10,564 nt of DNA from Candidatus Eiseniibacteriota bacterium (lineage in GTDB: Bacteria > Eisenbacteria > RBG-16-71-46 > JABDJR01 > JAWXBZ01), in the NCBI GenBank assembly GCA_034440375.1, contig JAWXBZ010000084.1:1-10564 (forward strand), written 5' to 3'. Shown piece after piece: positions 7,162-10,564 of the stretch; the first letter of the stretch is position 1, and each line of letters starts with the position of its first letter. A program made the position numbers and the translations under genes. The notes beneath the pieces are model-generated. The model did no database searches. It saw nothing but the letters and a program-made list of their open reading frames with translations, and was not told where the DNA came from.

Positions 7162-7950
7162 TTGACGACACGACAGGCGGTGATTCTGGCCGGAGGCCTG
7201 GGAACCCGGATCGCCGCACTATCCGGCGGCCTCCCGAAGATCCTGCTTCCTGTGGCCGGGAGGCCGTTCCTTCACCATTTGCTTGAACACCTTGCCGGAC
7301 AGGGGATTACCGAGGTCGTGCTGCTACTGGGAGTCGGCGCTGACGCCGTGGTGGCGGCGGCCCGGACCGATCCACTCCCAGGATTGTTGGTGGCCACCTC
7401 CGTCGAGCCCCGGCCGCTTGGGACTGGCGGGGCTCTCCGGTTGGCGGCGAATCAACTGGCTGACCGGTTCTTCCTGGTCAACGGCGACACATTGCTGCGG
7501 GCCGACCTCCCGGCACTTGAGCGGCGGCATGTTGCCGGAGGCTTGCCGGGAGCCGGGACCGGGTCGGTCGTCGGCGCGCTGTTCGAACGAGACCCCCTGC
7601 CATCAGCGAGCGCCGACACTGCCGCCACACTGGCCCTGGTGCGCGTGACCGAGGCCGGCCAGAAGGGAAGCGTCGAGTTGAACGAACGCGGCTTCATCAC
7701 CCGCTTCCTCGAAAAGGGCCGAAGCGGGCCGGGCCTGATCAACGGCGGCGTCTACTTGATTGAAAAGGATGCCGTGAGCGACATTCCTCTGCATCGACCC
7801 GTGTCGCTGGAGCAGGAGATCCTGCCGGCGTGGATAGATCGAGGTGGTCGGCCCGCATTGCAGGGTGTCGTGACCGATGCCTACTTCGTCGACATCGGTT
7901 TACCGGAGGATTATCTCGGAGTGATCAATGGCTTCCCGGACAAAAAGTAA
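7162..7950 (+). CDS. Sugar-1-phosphate nucleotidyltransferase, HddC-like (D-glycero-alpha-D-manno-heptose 1-phosphate guanylyltransferase) / NTP_transferase family, 262 aa
   Basis: AVILAGGLGTR...PK, GRPFL, EPRPLGTGGAL, VNGDT, FLEK, INGGVY, SLEQE and FVDIGLPEDY motifs. No C-terminal beta-helix domain. Adjacent to an HddA-like kinase. Start reassigned to TTG7162 (GGGGGAG at 7148-7154). Confidence 0.82.
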   Translation: MTTRQAVILAGGLGTRIAALSGGLPKILLPVAGRPFLHHLLEHLAGQGITEVVLLLGVGADAVVAAARTDPLPGLLVATSVEPRPLGTGGALRLAANQLADRFFLVNGDTLLRADLPALERRHVAGGLPGAGTGSVVGALFERDPLPSASADTAATLALVRVTEAGQKGSVELNERGFITRFLEKGRSGPGLINGGVYLIEKDAVSDIPLHRPVSLEQEILPAWIDRGGRPALQGVVTDAYFVDIGLPEDYLGVINGFPDKK

Positions 7951-9064
7951 GCCGGTCGTCGCTCCGTCAGGGCGTCGGATCGGACTGACCCCCGTCACTC
8001 CGCAACACCGCAAGACCGGCTCGCCTCCCGCCGTGCTGTACCGCGCGCGCGCGCCGCTCCGCATTTCGTTTTGCGGCGGCGGGACCGATGTCGATCCGTA
8101 CCCCGCCGAACGGGGAGGTGTGGTCCTCTCGACCACGATCGACAAATTTGCCTGGGCCACGCTCCGACCAAGGCCTGACAGCCGGATGACGATTCACTCG
8201 CTCGATTACAACGTGGTGGCCAACTACCGGGTGAAGGGGCGGAAGCTGGCCTATGACGGTGAGCTGGATATCGTCAAGGCCGTTGCCAACCACTTCAAGC
8301 CGAAGTCAGGATTCGATCTCTTTCTTCATTCGGATGCCCCGCCCGGCTCGGGACTCGGATCATCATCGACGATGACCGTGGCCCTGGTCGGCCTGATGCG
8401 CGAGTGGCTCCGATTGCCGCTGACCGATTACGAGATTGCCGAGCTGACGTATCAGATCGAGCGGATCGAACTCAAGCTGGCCGGCGGCCGGCAGGATCAA
8501 TATGCCGCCACGTTCGGCGGATTCAACTTCATCGAGTTTCATGACGGCGTCACCGTCGTGAATCCGCTCCGGATCAAGCCGGCCACCATCCGCGAACTGG
8601 AGTACAACCTGCTGCTCTGCTTCACCGGCCGTACCCGCGAGTCAGCCGGCATCGTGGCCGAGCAGACGAAGGCGTACATGCAGAAGCGGAAGGGGGTCGT
8701 CCAGGCCCTCGATCGGATGAAGAGCCTCACGCTGGAGATGAAGTCGTGCCTGCTGCGCGATCGCCTGGCCGACTTCGGCAGCCTCCTGCACACCGCCTGG
8801 CAGGAAAAGACACGCCTCTCCGACCGGATCAGCACGGAGCGGATTGATGAGCTGTACGCCGTCGCACGCAAGGCCGGCGCGCTGGGCGGCAAGATCCTTG
8901 GCGCCGGCGGCGGCGGCTATCTCCTGATCTATGTTCCCTTCAACGCGCGACACCTGGTGGCCGAAAAGCTGGAGGCGGGCGGGGGACAGGTCGTGCCGTT
9001 TTCGTTCCGCGAGGATGGGCTGGTGACCTGGACGGCTGAGGCGGGTGGAAAGGCGTCGCGGTGA
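7928..9064 (+). CDS. hddA: GHMP-family sugar kinase, D-glycero-alpha-D-manno-heptose 7-phosphate kinase-like
   Basis: RAPLRISFCGGGTD, SDAPPGSGLGSSS (GHMP ATP-binding loop), GGRQDQYAATFGGFN and GGKILGAGGGG motifs. GGAG lies 6 nt upstream of the ATG; 23-nt overlap with the nucleotidyltransferase. Confidence 0.8.
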   Translation: MASRTKSKPVVAPSGRRIGLTPVTPQHRKTGSPPAVLYRARAPLRISFCGGGTDVDPYPAERGGVVLSTTIDKFAWATLRPRPDSRMTIHSLDYNVVANYRVKGRKLAYDGELDIVKAVANHFKPKSGFDLFLHSDAPPGSGLGSSSTMTVALVGLMREWLRLPLTDYEIAELTYQIERIELKLAGGRQDQYAATFGGFNFIEFHDGVTVVNPLRIKPATIRELEYNLLLCFTGRTRESAGIVAEQTKAYMQKRKGVVQALDRMKSLTLEMKSCLLRDRLADFGSLLHTAWQEKTRLSDRISTERIDELYAVARKAGALGGKILGAGGGGYLLIYVPFNARHLVAEKLEAGGGQVVPFSFREDGLVTWTAEAGGKASR

Positions 9065-9966
9065 GGGTTCGGGATAATTTCAGACTTCGGTTGAGGGAGC
9101 GGCCTGCTGCCGGCCGGATGCTCACGGTCGGTCACGTGCTCACGACGGCTCTCTTGCTCACGGTCCCTTTTCTGCCCGCTCCCGCCCGTGGCACGGAGCC
9201 TTCCCGGGCCGCGGAGCCCCAGCGCGCGGCCGACCCCTGCGGCCCGGCACGGGCCCTGCCGGCCTATGCGCACAATGACTATCGAAACACGCGCCCGCGC
9301 GAGGAAGCCCTGGAGCTGGGTTACCTGGGTATCGAGGCGGATGTCTTTCTCGTCGACGGTACGTTCCTCCTGGCTCATGATCGCAAGGACATTCGAAACG
9401 ACTTCGGCTTCGAGGCCACCTATCTCTGGCACCTGCTGGACCGGGTTCAACGATGCGCGCGCGTCCTTCCCGATGCGCGCCCGTTCCTGATCGCAATAGA
9501 GGACAAGGCACCGACAGTGGAGAGTCGGCTCGCGATGGCCTCACTCCTCGGACGCTACCGGGCGCTGCTCCGGCCGGCCCAGGATCATCCGATCGCCGAG
9601 TTCATTCTCGTCGATGACAGCGCCACACCCGAATCGATCCCGGAGGATCTGAAGCGCTTCGTCGGCTTCCAATGGCGCGTTACCAGTCGGAACCCCGCCC
9701 CGCCGGCCGCCTCCGCCGCCAACTATCGTCTCCTGAGCCTCGATTTCAAGAAGGAGGTCGGGTGGGATGGAACCGGTGACCCGCCTCCCGCCCTGCGCAA
9801 ATTGATTCCCGCCGTCGTCGCCGCCGCGAAATGCATTCCGGGTTGCCGCGTGCGAGTTCACAACGTTCCCGTGCGCGGCCGCATCTGGACCTACCTGCTC
9901 GACGCCGGCGTCGACCTGATCGGTGTGACGGAGTTGTCGAAAGGGGCCGGGTTGCTGGGGGGGTAG
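9061..9966 (+). CDS. Putative exported PLC-like/GDPD-superfamily phosphodiesterase (AIM6-like)
   Basis: AHNDY...ALELGYLGIEADVFLVDG.FLLAHD at the N-terminus and W..LLDAGVDLIG at the C-terminus fit this TIM-barrel family. A hydrophobic signal-like stretch ends in PARG. Start is either GTG9061 (GTGA overlap) or ATG9118. Confidence 0.7.
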   Translation: MRVRDNFRLRLRERPAAGRMLTVGHVLTTALLLTVPFLPAPARGTEPSRAAEPQRAADPCGPARALPAYAHNDYRNTRPREEALELGYLGIEADVFLVDGTFLLAHDRKDIRNDFGFEATYLWHLLDRVQRCARVLPDARPFLIAIEDKAPTVESRLAMASLLGRYRALLRPAQDHPIAEFILVDDSATPESIPEDLKRFVGFQWRVTSRNPAPPAASAANYRLLSLDFKKEVGWDGTGDPPPALRKLIPAVVAAAKCIPGCRVRVHNVPVRGRIWTYLLDAGVDLIGVTELSKGAGLLGG

Positions 9967-9975
9967 CGGGGAGGG

Positions 9976-10041
9976 GCCAACTCGCACCGGTGCGAGTTCG
10001 GTCAGTCGGCACTAACAAGACTCGGTCCAGGCCGAGTTGGC
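9976..10041. repeat. Nested inverted-repeat cluster
   Basis: Perfect 20-bp palindrome AACTCGCACCGGTGCGAGTT (9979-9998). Second hairpin ACTCGG/CCGAGT (10020-10037). Outer 9-bp inverted repeat GCCAACTCG (9976-9984) / CGAGTTGGC (10033-10041). Confidence 0.75.
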
Positions 10042-10057
10042 GGGGGATCCCCGGAGC

Positions 10058-10132
10058 CCCGGAGGAACCCAGGTGCTGGTCGAGGATCCCTCCGGTAATC
10101 CGGTCGAATTGTTCGAGGCGCGGGGCGAGTAA
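10058..10132 (+). pseudogene. 3' remnant of a VOC/glyoxalase-family gene
   Basis: Translates as PGGTQVLVEDPSGNPVELFEARGE*, matching the xDPxGNxxEL C-terminal motif of VOC proteins. An in-frame TAA at 10013-10015 leaves no room for the usual N-terminal portion. Confidence 0.65.
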
Positions 10133-10161
10133 CGGCTCGGAAATTGTAATATCCCGTTCGC

Positions 10162-10564
10162 ATGAATGTCCCGGCCGGCCTGGAACCGATCGATGTACGC
10201 GTCACTACGTGGATGGCCCGGCAGGGCATTCGGCTGACACGCCTGGCGCTCGGCATCGTCTTCCTCTGGTTCGGCGCCATCAAGTTCGTCCCCGGCTGGA
10301 GTCCCGCCGCGGACCTGGCCGTGCGGACCATCTCCTGGTTGACCGTCGGTAGCCTGGCGCCGAACGTGGCTCTTCTTGTGCTGGCCACCTGGGAAGTACT
10401 CATCGGCCTGGGCCTTCTCTGGGGACGCCACCTCCGCATCACCCTTCTGCTGCTGTTTCTCCAGCTGCCCGGCACGATGCTGCCGCTTGTCCTGTTCCCG
10501 AAAGAGATGTTCACCGTATTTCCGTTGGCACCGACGATGGAGGGGCAATACATCATCAAGAACC
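10162..10564 (+). CDS. DoxX-family (YkgB/RclC-like) membrane protein, 3' truncated by window
   Basis: Manual translation: MNVPAGLEPIDVRVTTWMARQGIRLTRLALGIVFLWFGAIKFVPGWSPAADLAVRT...WEVLIGLGLLWG...PTMEGQYIIKN. RxxLGIVFLWFGxxK and GQYIIKN are family motifs. Absent from the ORF track because there is no stop in the window. Confidence 0.85.
   Translation, partial: MNVPAGLEPIDVRVTTWMARQGIRLTRLALGIVFLWFGAIKFVPGWSPAADLAVRTISWLTVGSLAPNVALLVLATWEVLIGLGLLWGRHLRITLLLLFLQLPGTMLPLVLFPKEMFTVFPLAPTMEGQYIIKN

Noticed and set aside
9975-10042. Integron attC site (AAC...GTT ends)
   Set aside because: The ends GGCCAAC / GTTGGCG do not fit RYYYAAC / GTTRRRY, no convincing L boxes are visible, and there is no integrase or cassette array in the window.
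10002-10559. - strand ORFs of 185 and 178 aa, and + strand ORF 9831-10352
   Set aside because: Shadows of the DoxX gene and the VOC remnant; the motif-bearing frame starts at 10162.
1-10564. tRNA, rRNA, CRISPR arrays, transposases or phage genes
   Set aside because: None recognised; nearly all of the sequence is accounted for by the listed CDSs.

Overview
GC-rich bacterial DNA carrying a glycosylation locus. The + strand operon has two tandem DUF2723/TMEM260-like (GT117, GT-C fold) membrane glycosyltransferases with C-terminal TPRs, the first truncated by the window edge. These are followed by an NDP-sugar epimerase and a GT2 polyprenol-phosphate glycosyltransferase. A convergent - strand gene encodes a secreted, Cys-rich PPC + proprotein-convertase P-domain protein with no catalytic domain and a C-terminal 'TTWGAIK' motif; it has its own promoter, RBS and terminator. 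Divergent from it are an HddC-like nucleotidyltransferase, an HddA-like GHMP kinase and a putative exported PLC/GDPD-like phosphodiesterase. The window ends with a palindrome cluster, a VOC/glyoxalase gene remnant and a partial DoxX-like membrane protein; the last two are absent from the ORF track. Main hypothesis: a bacterial lipid-linked, TMEM260-type protein glycosylation system with local donor synthesis and a candidate substrate. All family calls come from motif recognition by eye; no searches were run.
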